Below are positions 22,251 to 32,648 of a stretch of 64,000 nt of DNA, piece by piece; position 1 is the stretch's first letter, and each line of letters opens with the position of its first letter. The stretch is from Patescibacteria group bacterium (GTDB lineage Bacteria > Patescibacteriota > Minisyncoccia > UBA6257 > JAAZHW01). Where the stretch lies: positions 334,233 to 398,232 of the forward strand of contig JAOAGL010000001.1 of assembly GCA_026415775.1 (NCBI GenBank). Reading direction: 5' to 3'. The position numbers were made by a program, and so were the translations under genes. The notes beneath the pieces are model-generated. The model made no database searches. It had not been told where the DNA came from and saw only the letters and a program-made list of their open reading frames with translations.

Positions 22251-23603
22251 ATGTCCAAAAAAGAAGAACAACAAAATAATTTAATGGATAAAATCATTAG
22301 TTTAGCGAAACGCCGCGGCTTTATTTTTCCATCCTCAGAAATTTATGGAGGATTTTCCAGTTCCTATGATTATGGGGCGATTGGTGTGGAATTAAAAAAT
22401 AATATTAAAAGAGCATGGTGGAAAGAAATGCTTCAAAAACAGAACAACATTTTTGGATTAGACAGTGCTATTTTAATGTCTCCAAAAATTTGGCAAGCCT
22501 CAGGTCATTTATCAGCGGGCTTTGCTGATTCTTTGGTTGAGTGTACAAAATGTCATCATCGTTTTCGTGAGGATAATGTAGAAAATAATAAGTGTCCTGA
22601 TTGTGGGGGAGAATTGATGCCGCCAAGAAAATTTAATTTGATGATGAAAACTTTTGTTGGGCCCGTAGAAGATGAGGCAGCAATTACTTATTTACGAGCG
22701 GAAACCTGTCAGGGAATTTATATGAATTATGAAAATGTTTTAAATTCAATGCGAGCAAAAATTCCTTTTGGTATTGCGCAAATTGGCAAAGCTTTTCGTA
22801 ATGAAATTAACCCTGGTAATTTTACTTATCGAATGCGCGAATTTGAACAAATGGAAATGCAATTTTTTGTTCATCCTTCCGAAGCTGATAAATGGTTTGA
22901 ATATTGGGTGGAACAGCGATTAAATTGGTATATTTCATTAGGTATTAAAAAAGAAAATCTGCGTTTGCACCAACAAACAAAAGAAGAACTAGCTCATTAT
23001 GCGAAAGCAGCGGTTGATATTGAATATAAGTTTCCATTTGGTTGGAAAGAAATAGAGGGAATTCATAATCGTGGCGATTGGGATTTGTCCAACCATTCTA
23101 AATATTCCGGACATGAATTAATTTATTTTGACGAAAAAACAAAAGAGCGTTTTATTCCTTATATTATTGAAACTTCAGCTGGTGCTGATAGAAGTGCGTT
23201 GGTTTTTTTAATTGATGCTTATGAAGAAGTGGTTGGTGGAAGGACTCAAACAACTGAAGCAACAAAAGAAATAGAGGTTGTTTTAAAATTTCATCCATTT
23301 ATTGCGCCAGTTAAGGTTGCTGTTTTTCCTTTGTTGAAAAACAAAGAAAATCTGGTGAGTTTAGCTAAAGAAATTTATAATAATTTAAAATTGCATTTTA
23401 TAACTTTATATGATGAGGTTGATTCAATAGGCCGTCGTTATCGTCGTCAAGATGAAATCGGAACTCCATACTGTGTAACAGTTGATTTTGAAAGTTTGGA
23501 AGATAAAACTGTTACGGTGAGAAATCGCGATACATTGCAACAAGAGAGAGTAAAGATTGATGATTTAATTAACTATCTTAAATCAAAAATTGAGACCTTT
23601 TAA
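22251..23603 (+). CDS. glyQS: glycine--tRNA ligase, alpha2 type
   Basis: RRGFIFPSSEIYGG, LRAETCQG, FRNEI, REFEQME, IGRRYRRQDEIGTP. Confidence 0.98.
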   Translation: MSKKEEQQNNLMDKIISLAKRRGFIFPSSEIYGGFSSSYDYGAIGVELKNNIKRAWWKEMLQKQNNIFGLDSAILMSPKIWQASGHLSAGFADSLVECTKCHHRFREDNVENNKCPDCGGELMPPRKFNLMMKTFVGPVEDEAAITYLRAETCQGIYMNYENVLNSMRAKIPFGIAQIGKAFRNEINPGNFTYRMREFEQMEMQFFVHPSEADKWFEYWVEQRLNWYISLGIKKENLRLHQQTKEELAHYAKAAVDIEYKFPFGWKEIEGIHNRGDWDLSNHSKYSGHELIYFDEKTKERFIPYIIETSAGADRSALVFLIDAYEEVVGGRTQTTEATKEIEVVLKFHPFIAPVKVAVFPLLKNKENLVSLAKEIYNNLKLHFITLYDEVDSIGRRYRRQDEIGTPYCVTVDFESLEDKTVTVRNRDTLQQERVKIDDLINYLKSKIETF

Positions 23604-23631
23604 TTAAAGGTCGATATAAATAAAATAAAAT

Positions 23632-23838
23632 ATGGCAATTATTAAGATTAGAAGAATTATTGGAACTTCACCCAAAAGTTTTGATGACGCATTAAAAAAT
23701 ATTATTGAATTTGTTGGGAAGGATAAATATAATTTGACTGGTGTTAAAATCATCGATCAATCAGTTTCATTAGATAAAGGCAAAATTGTAGAATACAAGA
23801 TTGTGGCGGATGTCGCTTATAAATGGGAAGAAAAATAA
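23632..23838 (+). CDS. dodecin family protein
   Basis: 68 aa, IIGTS..SF.DA..., GKI.EYK. Confidence 0.8.
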   Translation: MAIIKIRRIIGTSPKSFDDALKNIIEFVGKDKYNLTGVKIIDQSVSLDKGKIVEYKIVADVAYKWEEK

Positions 23839-23840
23839 AA

Positions 23841-25124
23841 ATGAAAAAGAATAATCAGCCTACTATCCTTAAAAAAGAAGGATTAAATTTTTTGCTTATA
23901 CCGCTTAAAGAAGCAACTAGCGTGACTTTTTTGATTTTGGTAAAAACTGGTTCTGAATATGAAAAACCAAATGAAGCGGGAATTTCGCATTTTTTGGAGC
24001 ACATGTGTTTTAAGGGCACCAAAAACAGACCTAGTCCAAAAATTATTTCCACCGAACTTGATTCAATTGGTGCGGTTTATAATGCTTTTACTTCTCGGGA
24101 ATATACTGGTTATTATGCTAAGGCAGCTGCGGAACATACTGATAAAATTTTAGATATTGTTACTGATATTTATCTTAATTCTTTGTTTGATTCTAATGAA
24201 ATAGAAAAGGAAAAAGGGGTAATTTTAGAAGAAAAGAATTATTATGAGGACACGCCAAGTGTCAAAATTGAAGAGTTGATTTTTGAATTATTATATCCCA
24301 AACAAGCAGCAGGACGGCCGATTATTGGAGATGAAAAGGTAATTAAAAATTTGAAAAGAGAAAATTTTTTAGATTACCACAAAAAACATTATACCAATGA
24401 AAAAACTCTTATTGTCTTAGCTGGTAATTTTGAGAAGGAGAAGATTATTAAAAAAATTGTAAATTTAATGAAAGATATTCTTCGGGGAAAAGGTGGTGAA
24501 AAATTTAAGACAATTATTAAAAAACAAGTGGAACCACAAGTTTTAATCCATAATAAAAAAACCGACCAAACACATTTAATTTTGGCTGCAAGAACTTTTA
24601 ATTGTTTTGATGAGAGACGGTATGCATTATCAGTTTTATCAACTATTTTAGGAAGCGGTATGAGCTCCCGACTTTTTCAAGTTATTAGAGAGGAATTAGG
24701 AGCAGCTTATTATGTTTATTCATTTAATGATTTAAGTTTGGACCATGGTTTTTTGGGTATTGCGGCTGGTTTGGCTTTGGATAAAACTGAAAAATCTTTG
24801 ATGGCAATTAAAAAAGAATTGGACAAATTAAGCAATGAATTAGTTGGTGACGAAGAATTAAAAAAAGCCAAAAGCTTTATTAAAGGAAAGTTGGCCCTTT
24901 CTTTAGAAACGACCAATGATTATGCATTTTATTATGGTTCCCAACACCTTTTTTACGGACAAACATTCTCTTTGAGGGAGATATTTAATAAAATTGATGC
25001 TGTGGATAAATTAACAATTAATAAGTTAGCAAGGGTTATTTTCCAGCCAAAATCATTGAATTTAGCCTTAATAGGACCATATGACCAAAAAGACAAAATG
25101 CGCTTTAAAAAAATGCTAATTTGA
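23841..25124 (+). CDS. M16 family zinc peptidase
   Basis: HFLEH inverzincin motif, NAFTS.E.T.YY, GMSSRLFQ.IREE.G. Confidence 0.95.
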   Translation: MKKNNQPTILKKEGLNFLLIPLKEATSVTFLILVKTGSEYEKPNEAGISHFLEHMCFKGTKNRPSPKIISTELDSIGAVYNAFTSREYTGYYAKAAAEHTDKILDIVTDIYLNSLFDSNEIEKEKGVILEEKNYYEDTPSVKIEELIFELLYPKQAAGRPIIGDEKVIKNLKRENFLDYHKKHYTNEKTLIVLAGNFEKEKIIKKIVNLMKDILRGKGGEKFKTIIKKQVEPQVLIHNKKTDQTHLILAARTFNCFDERRYALSVLSTILGSGMSSRLFQVIREELGAAYYVYSFNDLSLDHGFLGIAAGLALDKTEKSLMAIKKELDKLSNELVGDEELKKAKSFIKGKLALSLETTNDYAFYYGSQHLFYGQTFSLREIFNKIDAVDKLTINKLARVIFQPKSLNLALIGPYDQKDKMRFKKMLI

Positions 25125-25141
25125 TTTAAAATAATAAAGAA

Positions 25142-25780
25142 ATGGAAATAAACAAAAACAAATTAATAGATGATTTAATTAAAGACGGATTTTTGAAAAG
25201 TCCGAGGCTTATTGATGCATTTAGAAAAGTTGATAGAATGAGTTTTGTAATTGATTATGTAAAAAATGAGGCTTATCGGAATACGCCATTGGCCATTGGT
25301 TTTGGACAAACCATTTCTCAACCATTAACAGTAGCATTTATGTTGGAATTATTAGACGTTAAAGAAGGTAATAGGGTTTTGGATGTTGGTTCTGGTTCGG
25401 GTTGGACAACGGCTTTGTTGGCGGAATTAGTGGGAGAAAATGGAAAAGTTTATGGAATTGAAATTATCCCGGAACTTTATGAATTTGGTAAAGCCAACGT
25501 GATGCGTTATAGTTATATTACAAAAGGAATTGCCGAGATGTATTTAGGTAATGGCTTATATGGTTTGCCAGACAAAGCGCCCTTTGATAGAATTTTGTGT
25601 TCAGCCGAAGCAAGGGAAATCCCCGAAGCCTTTAAAGAACAGTTAAAAATCGGCGGTAAAATGGTTTTGCCAATGAATAACAGCTTATGGCTTATTGAGA
25701 AAAAAACTGAAACCGATTTTGAATCAGAAGAATTTCCAGGTTTTGTTTTTGTGCCTCTTATTGAAAAACTAAATAATTAG
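25142..25780 (+). CDS. pcm: protein-L-isoaspartate O-methyltransferase
   Basis: GQTISQP, VLDVGSGSGW, APFDRI, F.FVPL. Confidence 0.95.
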   Translation: MEINKNKLIDDLIKDGFLKSPRLIDAFRKVDRMSFVIDYVKNEAYRNTPLAIGFGQTISQPLTVAFMLELLDVKEGNRVLDVGSGSGWTTALLAELVGENGKVYGIEIIPELYEFGKANVMRYSYITKGIAEMYLGNGLYGLPDKAPFDRILCSAEAREIPEAFKEQLKIGGKMVLPMNNSLWLIEKKTETDFESEEFPGFVFVPLIEKLNN

Positions 25781-25818
25781 TAATGTTTAGGATAACGATT
25801 GTTAAAAAAATCTTGCAT

Positions 25819-25846
25819 TTGCAAGAATTTTTTTCTTTTTTATAAT
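25819..25846 (+). promoter_or_regulatory. sigma70 promoter TTGCAA-16-TATAAT with palindrome over -35
   Basis: TTGCAA 25819-25824, TATAAT 25841-25846. Confidence 0.65.
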
Positions 25847-25910
25847 GGAGATGGGAGAAAATCCCATTCAATAGATCTTTTAAAAATAAAAAAAGAAGGA
25901 GGTGAAAATA

Positions 25911-28751
25911 ATGAAAGCAAAACCTGGTTTTAATGAAAAGGATTTTAGGAAAAAATTTAAATTGTGGGAGAATGGCGAGGTCGGATTGAAACATTTTACT
26001 TCCGATGAAAGAGCAGAATTGTTGGAAACTGGTTACATCACTCAAGAACAATTTATTGAGTTGATGCCGGAAAAACTTCAAGAATACTGGCGGGCAATTA
26101 GTGAATTGCTTAGCAAAAAAAGGGTTTTTCGGAATACTGACGCAGCCACTGCCTTGCCGCTTGGTTTAAAAGGCAGGTACCAACGCTTGAATATGTCTCG
26201 CGGTATTTTAATGAAGTTCAAAGAGTGGGGGATGCTGGAGACAATTCGTATTGGTGCTCATAATGTTTACTTTTCAACTGCTCCTGGCTTCTATACTCAA
26301 GATGAAATTTTAAAGCTGATTCCAAAAGAATATCAGAAAAACGTTTTGCAATTATTTGCTGATGATTGGACATCGATTCAAGAGGTAGCTAATTTGTTGA
26401 ATTTATCCTCGCGATTTCTGGAAGAAATTTTGGATGCTTTTGTAAAAAGGGGGTTGTTGGTTAAAGGGAAAGGCGGCTATCGTCGTTCGCAAGCGTTGAA
26501 AGAGGCGGGTGTTAGTGTTGAATCCCTTGAGGCTTTAGATTTAGTTCAGGCGCATAATTTACTGATGCAGGAAAAAGAACGCAAAGCAGCTACCCAAAAG
26601 ATTACCAGTTTGAAAGAAATAAAAGAAGTGGTTGAAAGAGATATTCGCCATAAGAGTGTTAAAATGCTTCAAGAAGAAATCAATGAAGAATCGGCGCGTT
26701 TAAGCTTTATTGGTGAAGTGCGCTTCGGCAATCAATTTGTAGATGTAGAACTGGTAGAATGGGCAATAAATATACTGAAAGAATATTTTAAACCTCATGT
26801 TATTATTGCTTCTGACTTTGTTCAGGGCGATTTCCGCGGAATTCAAGTTGAAAGACTGCGCTCTTTGACAAGGACGGGTCTTCAGCGGATAGAGCAGCAA
26901 TATTCTGCAGCCAATTTGTTGTTAAAAGAACTAGAAAAAATTGCCAAAAACAAGGTTGTCTATCTTTTGTCTGATGATGATTGGCAGGTTTCTTTGTCCC
27001 GAGTGATTATTGCCCTAGAACAATTCCGAGGCATTAGAGGATTGGGTATTGGTAGTCGTTGGCCAGAAGAAATAAAACGTCTTTCTGGTGCAGACTACTA
27101 TCGTTTAATGAAAATCCAGTGGGAAACAGTTCAGCCTTATATGTATCGAATCGGTCGCTCCCTTCTTAATGCCGATGAAGTAAAAAAGGTTATTGGTGAT
27201 CATATTACTGAACTCTTGGTGATTATTTTTATTTTGCTGTTCGAAGAGTTTAATAAGCCGATCCCTGAAAAGTATAAAAAGTTGGTTGATGTTGAAGCTC
27301 TTCATAGCGATAAACCGGGTTCTAAAAGAATCATTAGTCCTGATCCCATCAATCTCTATCTGAAAAATATCCAAAAAAGAATTCTTGCTCAGCATAATAT
27401 TGCCTTCTCAGACATTACGCAGTACGTGGATAGCGGATTGATTCCAGAATGGATTTTGCGCAATCTTCAAGCTCGCGGTCGAGAAACGCCTTACATTTGG
27501 GTTGATTTCCACCAAGAAAGATTTTGGGGTACTAAGTTGTACAATACTTTCATTTTTAATTTACCCGGCTGTCAGAATCCTTTACCAGCTGCTGAAGGAA
27601 AAATCAAAACTTTTCACACAAAAATTCTTTCAGATAAAGCCCATCGACAAATCTATTTCCGAAAAGAACCACCAACGCCTGGTGTTGTAAACTTTGAAAT
27701 TTTCAAAGATGGTCGGCTGCGCATCCATGTTCTTAACAACAAAATCAAAGATGTTATTGAGAAAGAAAAGGATGAACCAGAGAAAAAAGATTTACTTGCC
27801 TACACTTCAGATTGGCAGTTTGGTTCTTTAACTATGAGACCCGAATGGGTGATAAAATTCCTGGACTATGCTCTTTTTAGTAGACGAGCGACTAATTTGG
27901 CGCTCAATGGTGACCTCATTCAGGGTTTTCATTATCCGAGGTTCGTTTCTGAAAACAGACCAAAAAGACTAGTGTCCGTAAGCAGCCAGAAGGCATTTAC
28001 TACCACGTTGCTCAAACCATTTTTCCCAGCGCCTAATCTTGAAACTATTGATGTTTTGTTGGGGAATCATGAATGGGAAATTTGGGGAGCAGACATTACT
28101 GGACAGAATAATCTCGAATTCATCTTCTTTGTTCTTAAAGAAATATACGAAAACCAAAAGTTATTTAAAGCTGATCTCAAAGTACCTGATATTAAAATTT
28201 GGAATAGAGTTAGAATTGTTAAAACTGCTGGGAGACATGGTTCAACAATCAACCATCCATATGGTAGCAGAGTGCTCAAGTCAAACTACAAGATTGCTAT
28301 TCAACATCAGTGGTATCCGCGTGGCGGCGGAAGAACACCAATGCATTCTCAAATAACTTGGTTAAGAAACATTGCTCAAGCTGCTTCTGATTTACATGTT
28401 CTTTTTGGTGGGCACAAACATACTTTTTGGATTGCGATGATTGCTGAAATTTTGATGTTGCAACTTCCTGGTCTGAATGACCAATCAGCTTTTGAATTTG
28501 CCCGTGGCCTGATGCCTCAGTCAATGGGTTGTCTGGTAGAATTTTCCAACAAAAGCGGCGTTACCATTGAATTAATCCCTGTTGAATTTCTAGAAGAATA
28601 TAAATGCATCTCTCCGTTCTACAAAGAAATAGATGAGAAAGGACTTCTTGATCGTCCAAAACCAGGAAGTGTTGAATACAGATATGGCCTAGATTCTCCA
28701 TTCATTCACCAATTAGAAGAACAAATTGACGCCGAATATCCAGAAGTGTAA
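25911..28751 (+). CDS. large protein: winged-helix-like N-terminus plus tandem calcineurin-like metallophosphoesterase domains
   Basis: C-domain SDWQFGS, NGDLIQG, GNHE, QH, GHKH; N-domain degenerate equivalents; ATG at 25911 follows AGGAGG. Confidence 0.75.
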   Translation: MKAKPGFNEKDFRKKFKLWENGEVGLKHFTSDERAELLETGYITQEQFIELMPEKLQEYWRAISELLSKKRVFRNTDAATALPLGLKGRYQRLNMSRGILMKFKEWGMLETIRIGAHNVYFSTAPGFYTQDEILKLIPKEYQKNVLQLFADDWTSIQEVANLLNLSSRFLEEILDAFVKRGLLVKGKGGYRRSQALKEAGVSVESLEALDLVQAHNLLMQEKERKAATQKITSLKEIKEVVERDIRHKSVKMLQEEINEESARLSFIGEVRFGNQFVDVELVEWAINILKEYFKPHVIIASDFVQGDFRGIQVERLRSLTRTGLQRIEQQYSAANLLLKELEKIAKNKVVYLLSDDDWQVSLSRVIIALEQFRGIRGLGIGSRWPEEIKRLSGADYYRLMKIQWETVQPYMYRIGRSLLNADEVKKVIGDHITELLVIIFILLFEEFNKPIPEKYKKLVDVEALHSDKPGSKRIISPDPINLYLKNIQKRILAQHNIAFSDITQYVDSGLIPEWILRNLQARGRETPYIWVDFHQERFWGTKLYNTFIFNLPGCQNPLPAAEGKIKTFHTKILSDKAHRQIYFRKEPPTPGVVNFEIFKDGRLRIHVLNNKIKDVIEKEKDEPEKKDLLAYTSDWQFGSLTMRPEWVIKFLDYALFSRRATNLALNGDLIQGFHYPRFVSENRPKRLVSVSSQKAFTTTLLKPFFPAPNLETIDVLLGNHEWEIWGADITGQNNLEFIFFVLKEIYENQKLFKADLKVPDIKIWNRVRIVKTAGRHGSTINHPYGSRVLKSNYKIAIQHQWYPRGGGRTPMHSQITWLRNIAQAASDLHVLFGGHKHTFWIAMIAEILMLQLPGLNDQSAFEFARGLMPQSMGCLVEFSNKSGVTIELIPVEFLEEYKCISPFYKEIDEKGLLDRPKPGSVEYRYGLDSPFIHQLEEQIDAEYPEV

Positions 28752-28776
28752 ACAGAATTTCAAATTTAACAACAAT

Positions 28777-28809
28777 ATAGAGGGTCCTTGTGACCCTCTA
28801 TTTTTATTT
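28777..28809 (+). terminator. intrinsic terminator
   Basis: atagagggtc / gaccctctat followed by T-run. Confidence 0.85.
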
Positions 28810-28846
28810 GATTTTTTAAAGAATTTTATTATAATTATGTAAAATT

Positions 28847-29398
28847 ATGAGAAAATTTTTAGCGGCAATTTGGGATACAATTGAAGTAGCAATAGTAGCG
28901 TTAGTGATAGTTTTAATCATTCGCACTTTTTTGTTTCAGCCGTTTTTTGTTGAAGGAGCCAGCATGTACCCCAATTTTAAAAACGGAGACTATTTAATTG
29001 TTGATGAATTAACCTATCGATTGCGCGAACCTCAAAGAGGAGAAATTATAGTTTTTCATCCGCCTCAAGCAGCGAAAGAATACTATATTAAAAGAATTAT
29101 TGCTTTACCCGGTGAAAAAATTGAAATTAAAGATGGACAAATAAAAATTTATAATCAAAACCATCCCGAAGGATTTGTTTTAAAAGAAAATTATCTATTA
29201 GACAGCAAGACACCAGGCGAAATAAGTTTAACGTTGGAATCAAATGAATATTTTGTTTTGGGCGATAATAGATATGCTAGTTATGACTCGCGAGCGTGGG
29301 GGACTGTAACAAAAGATAAAATTATTGGTATAGTTCGTTTGAGAGTTTGGCCATTTAATAATGTAAAAGCTTTTTCAACGGTCCAATATCAAAATTAA
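28847..29398 (+). CDS. lepB: signal peptidase I
   Basis: V.GASMYP, YIKRII.LPGE, YFVLGDNR..S.DSR.WG. Confidence 0.97.
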   Translation: MRKFLAAIWDTIEVAIVALVIVLIIRTFLFQPFFVEGASMYPNFKNGDYLIVDELTYRLREPQRGEIIVFHPPQAAKEYYIKRIIALPGEKIEIKDGQIKIYNQNHPEGFVLKENYLLDSKTPGEISLTLESNEYFVLGDNRYASYDSRAWGTVTKDKIIGIVRLRVWPFNNVKAFSTVQYQN

Positions 29399-29405
29399 TT
29401 AAAAT

Positions 29406-30737
29406 ATGGGAAGAAGACCAAAAGATTTTTTCAAAAATAAAATAAAAAGGCCAAAAATGAAAACAATTCTTCAGGCGCCTAAGGGTATGCCTGATATTTT
29501 ACCTGAGGAGAATTTAATTAGACGTAAAATTTTAAAAGTGGTAGAGGAGTTAGCGGATTTTTATGGTTTTGGCCAAATCGAGACGCCTATTTTGGAAGAA
29601 ACAAAACTATTTCTACATGGTACTGGCCCAACAAGTGATGTTGTTCAAAAACAGATGTTTAATTTAAAGACACCCGGGAAAGACTTGTTATCTTTACGTC
29701 CCGAATTTACGCCCAATATTGTCCGCGCATATTTAGAAAACGGGATGTTCAATTGGTCTAAGCCAGTTAAATTATTTGCCTGGGGTCCCGTCTTTCGTTA
29801 TGAACAACCGCAAAGAGGAAGATATCGCCAATTTTGGCAATGTAATTTTGAAATTTTAGGATCATCAGATTCTATTTATGACGTTTTAATTATTCAATTA
29901 TTTTTTAATTTATTTACTGAATTGAAAATTAAAGATTTAATTGTTGAAGTTAATACCATTGGTTGCGATAATTGTCGACCAATCTGGCACAAAGAATTAA
30001 AAAATTATTTTAAATCCAAAAGAAAATTTTTATGCGTTGATTGTAAAAATCGTTTAAAATTAAATCCTTTGAGAATTTTGGATTGTAAAAATGAAAGTTG
30101 TCAAAATTTAAAAAATGATGCCCCTAAAATGATGGATTATTTATGCACTGAATGCCGCCATCATTTTAAACAAATATTAGAATACTTGGAATCTTTAGGG
30201 TTGCCATATACAATTAATCCATATTTAGTGCGCGGATTAGATTATTATACTAAAACCGTTTTTGAAATTAGGAAAAATGATGATAATTTAGCATTGTGCG
30301 GTGGTGGAAGATATGATTATTTAGTTGAAATGTTGGGCGGCAAGTCAACACCTGCTGTTGGTGGAGCGGCTGGAGTCGAACGTTTAGTAGAAATTGTTAA
30401 AAAAACTTTGAAATTAGATAACAATCACAAAGCAAAAGTATTTTTAGTAGCGATCGGGGATTTGGCCAAACAGAAAGCATTACAATATATAGAAGTATTC
30501 CGTAAGGCCAAGATTGATGTGATTGAATCTTTTGCTCACGAATCATTAAAAGCTCAAATGAGGCAAGCGGATAAAGTTGGAGTCCATTATGTTATTATTA
30601 TAGGCCAGAAAGAAGCTATTGATGGTACGGTAATTTTAAGGGATATGACAGCCAGCATTCAAGAAGTTATTGATGGTAATAAAATCGTTGATGAATTGAA
30701 AAAAAGATTTAAAAATGATATTATAAAAACATTATAA
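29406..30737 (+). CDS. hisS: histidine--tRNA ligase
   Basis: LRPEFT, FRYEQPQRGRYRQF, LVRGLDYY, GGGRYD. Confidence 0.98.
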   Translation: MGRRPKDFFKNKIKRPKMKTILQAPKGMPDILPEENLIRRKILKVVEELADFYGFGQIETPILEETKLFLHGTGPTSDVVQKQMFNLKTPGKDLLSLRPEFTPNIVRAYLENGMFNWSKPVKLFAWGPVFRYEQPQRGRYRQFWQCNFEILGSSDSIYDVLIIQLFFNLFTELKIKDLIVEVNTIGCDNCRPIWHKELKNYFKSKRKFLCVDCKNRLKLNPLRILDCKNESCQNLKNDAPKMMDYLCTECRHHFKQILEYLESLGLPYTINPYLVRGLDYYTKTVFEIRKNDDNLALCGGGRYDYLVEMLGGKSTPAVGGAAGVERLVEIVKKTLKLDNNHKAKVFLVAIGDLAKQKALQYIEVFRKAKIDVIESFAHESLKAQMRQADKVGVHYVIIIGQKEAIDGTVILRDMTASIQEVIDGNKIVDELKKRFKNDIIKTL

Positions 30738-30742
30738 ATCAT

Positions 30743-31090
30743 ATGAATGAGTGTATTTTTTGCCAAATTATTAATAAAAAAATTCCCTCAGAAATCGTTT
30801 TAGAAAACGATAAAGTTATTGTTTTTAAAGATATAAATCCCAAAGCCGAAATCCATCTTTTGATTGTTCCCAAAAAACATATAGCAAATATAAACGAAAT
30901 TAATGAAGAAGATAGGGAATTGTTGGGAGAACTTTTTTTAACTGCTAAAAAAATAGCACAACAATTATCATTAATTGAAAAAGGTTATAAATTGGTAATG
31001 AATGTTGGTCGAGGCGCCGGTCAATTAATCGACCACATTCATTTACATCTTTTAAGTGGTTCATTTAATAGGTCGCTTAAAGAAATATAA
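30743..31090 (+). CDS. HIT family nucleotide-binding protein
   Basis: CIFC, H.LIVPKKH, HIHLH triad. Confidence 0.95.
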   Translation: MNECIFCQIINKKIPSEIVLENDKVIVFKDINPKAEIHLLIVPKKHIANINEINEEDRELLGELFLTAKKIAQQLSLIEKGYKLVMNVGRGAGQLIDHIHLHLLSGSFNRSLKEI

Positions 31091-31101
31091 ATAAAGAGTT
31101 T

Positions 31102-31392
31102 ATGGCTATTGAAGTGAATAAAAAACCGAACGAGCCAATTAATAATTTTCTTTTACGATTTAATCGCGCTTTAAAACAAGCTGCTGTTTTAGATGAGGCA
31201 CGAAAAAAACGTTTTTTTGAACCAGAAATAAATCGTAATCGCAAAAAACAATCAGCGGTATATCGCGCACAAATAAAAGAAAAAATAATGGCTCTCAAAA
31301 AAAGAGGGATTCTTACTGGGAAAGAAGATCTTAAGCTAATCAAAAAACTCTTAAGAAATCCCAAATGGTCTTTTACTAATTTGCCTAAATAA
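31102..31392 (+). CDS. rpsU: 30S ribosomal protein S21 with C-terminal extension
   Basis: IEV.K..NE.I...L.RF.R......L.EARK.RFFE. Confidence 0.8.
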   Translation: MAIEVNKKPNEPINNFLLRFNRALKQAAVLDEARKKRFFEPEINRNRKKQSAVYRAQIKEKIMALKKRGILTGKEDLKLIKKLLRNPKWSFTNLPK

Positions 31393-32642
31393 TGAAACCT
31401 TTTCTTGTTTTAGATTTAGGTAATCAAAATATCAGGGGGTTGGTAGTTCAACCAACAAAAGATTATTCCAAAATAAAAATTTATACGGTTTTTGAGCGAC
31501 TCTCTGATGGTATGAATAAAGGCGCCATTAATGATTATGGTGCCTTTTGTAATGTTTTGTTTGAAACTTTTGAGGATATAAATAAGTTAGGGTTTAATCC
31601 GAAACAGGTGGTAGTTAATATTGCTTCGCCCCATTCAAATTTTAAAATAACTAAAACAACAGGGGGAGTAACAAGGGGAGATTCTCAGATTACCAGGAAT
31701 GATCTTGTACAACTTGAAGAAAAAATTTATGAAACCCACAGTGAAACAAGTAATAAAATTATTGAACATATTATTCCTCGAGATTACACCGTTGATGGTT
31801 TGACTAATATTAAAGATCCAATTGGGATGCACGGATATCGTTTAGAAATGGAAGCGGCTGTAATTGAGGTATTAAATACTCATTTCCAAAATCTTTCCAA
31901 GGTTTTTAAAGAATTAAACAAAAATTTGTTGATCTCGCCAGTTTTTAGTCCTTTGGCAGCTTCTTTTGGTTGTCTGACTAAAAAACAACAAAATGTTGGT
32001 ACTATTTTAGTTGATATTGGCGCTCAAAATACCAGTTATATTATTTACGAAGATGACAAATTAATTGATACAAAAATTTTACATTTAGGAGCTGATAGTA
32101 TTACGCATGATATTGCTATTTGTTTGAAAGTACCTCTAGAAACAGCAGAAAAAATTAAATTAACTTGCGGTTATGCTTTAGCGGCCGAAGTTAGTCGTAA
32201 AGAAAATATCGATGTTTCTAAAATCAGTAAGGAAATTGATTATGCAATCAATAAACGATATTTAGCGGAAATTATTGAAGCTCGATTAGAAGAACTTTTT
32301 GGATTTATTAATAACGAAATTAAGAAAAATAATGTCTATAATAAATTAGCGGGTGGCGTGGTTTTGGTTGGCGGTGGCGCCAAGTTGCCCGGTATGGTTG
32401 ATTTTATTAAAAAATATTTAAAATTGCCCGCTAAAATAGGATATCCCAATTTAGAACAAATTGAAGCAAGCGAAAAACATTTGGATTTGATTGATGATCC
32501 ATCATTTGTTGAAGTTGTAGGATTGGCATTGTTTATGTTGGCTTATTCTTTTAGTGGTAAGTCTATTGAGTTTGTAAAAACAATGCCCCCTAGTGATATA
32601 TTGAATAAAATTAAAAAATTCTTTAAAATCTTTTTACCTTAA
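31392..32642 (+). CDS. ftsA: cell division protein FtsA
   Basis: LDLG, DPIGM.G.RLE, VDIGA, AE.IK, IIEARLEE, GGGAKLPG; before ftsZ. Confidence 0.95.
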   Translation: MKPFLVLDLGNQNIRGLVVQPTKDYSKIKIYTVFERLSDGMNKGAINDYGAFCNVLFETFEDINKLGFNPKQVVVNIASPHSNFKITKTTGGVTRGDSQITRNDLVQLEEKIYETHSETSNKIIEHIIPRDYTVDGLTNIKDPIGMHGYRLEMEAAVIEVLNTHFQNLSKVFKELNKNLLISPVFSPLAASFGCLTKKQQNVGTILVDIGAQNTSYIIYEDDKLIDTKILHLGADSITHDIAICLKVPLETAEKIKLTCGYALAAEVSRKENIDVSKISKEIDYAINKRYLAEIIEARLEELFGFINNEIKKNNVYNKLAGGVVLVGGGAKLPGMVDFIKKYLKLPAKIGYPNLEQIEASEKHLDLIDDPSFVEVVGLALFMLAYSFSGKSIEFVKTMPPSDILNKIKKFFKIFLP

Positions 32643-32648
32643 AAAATT

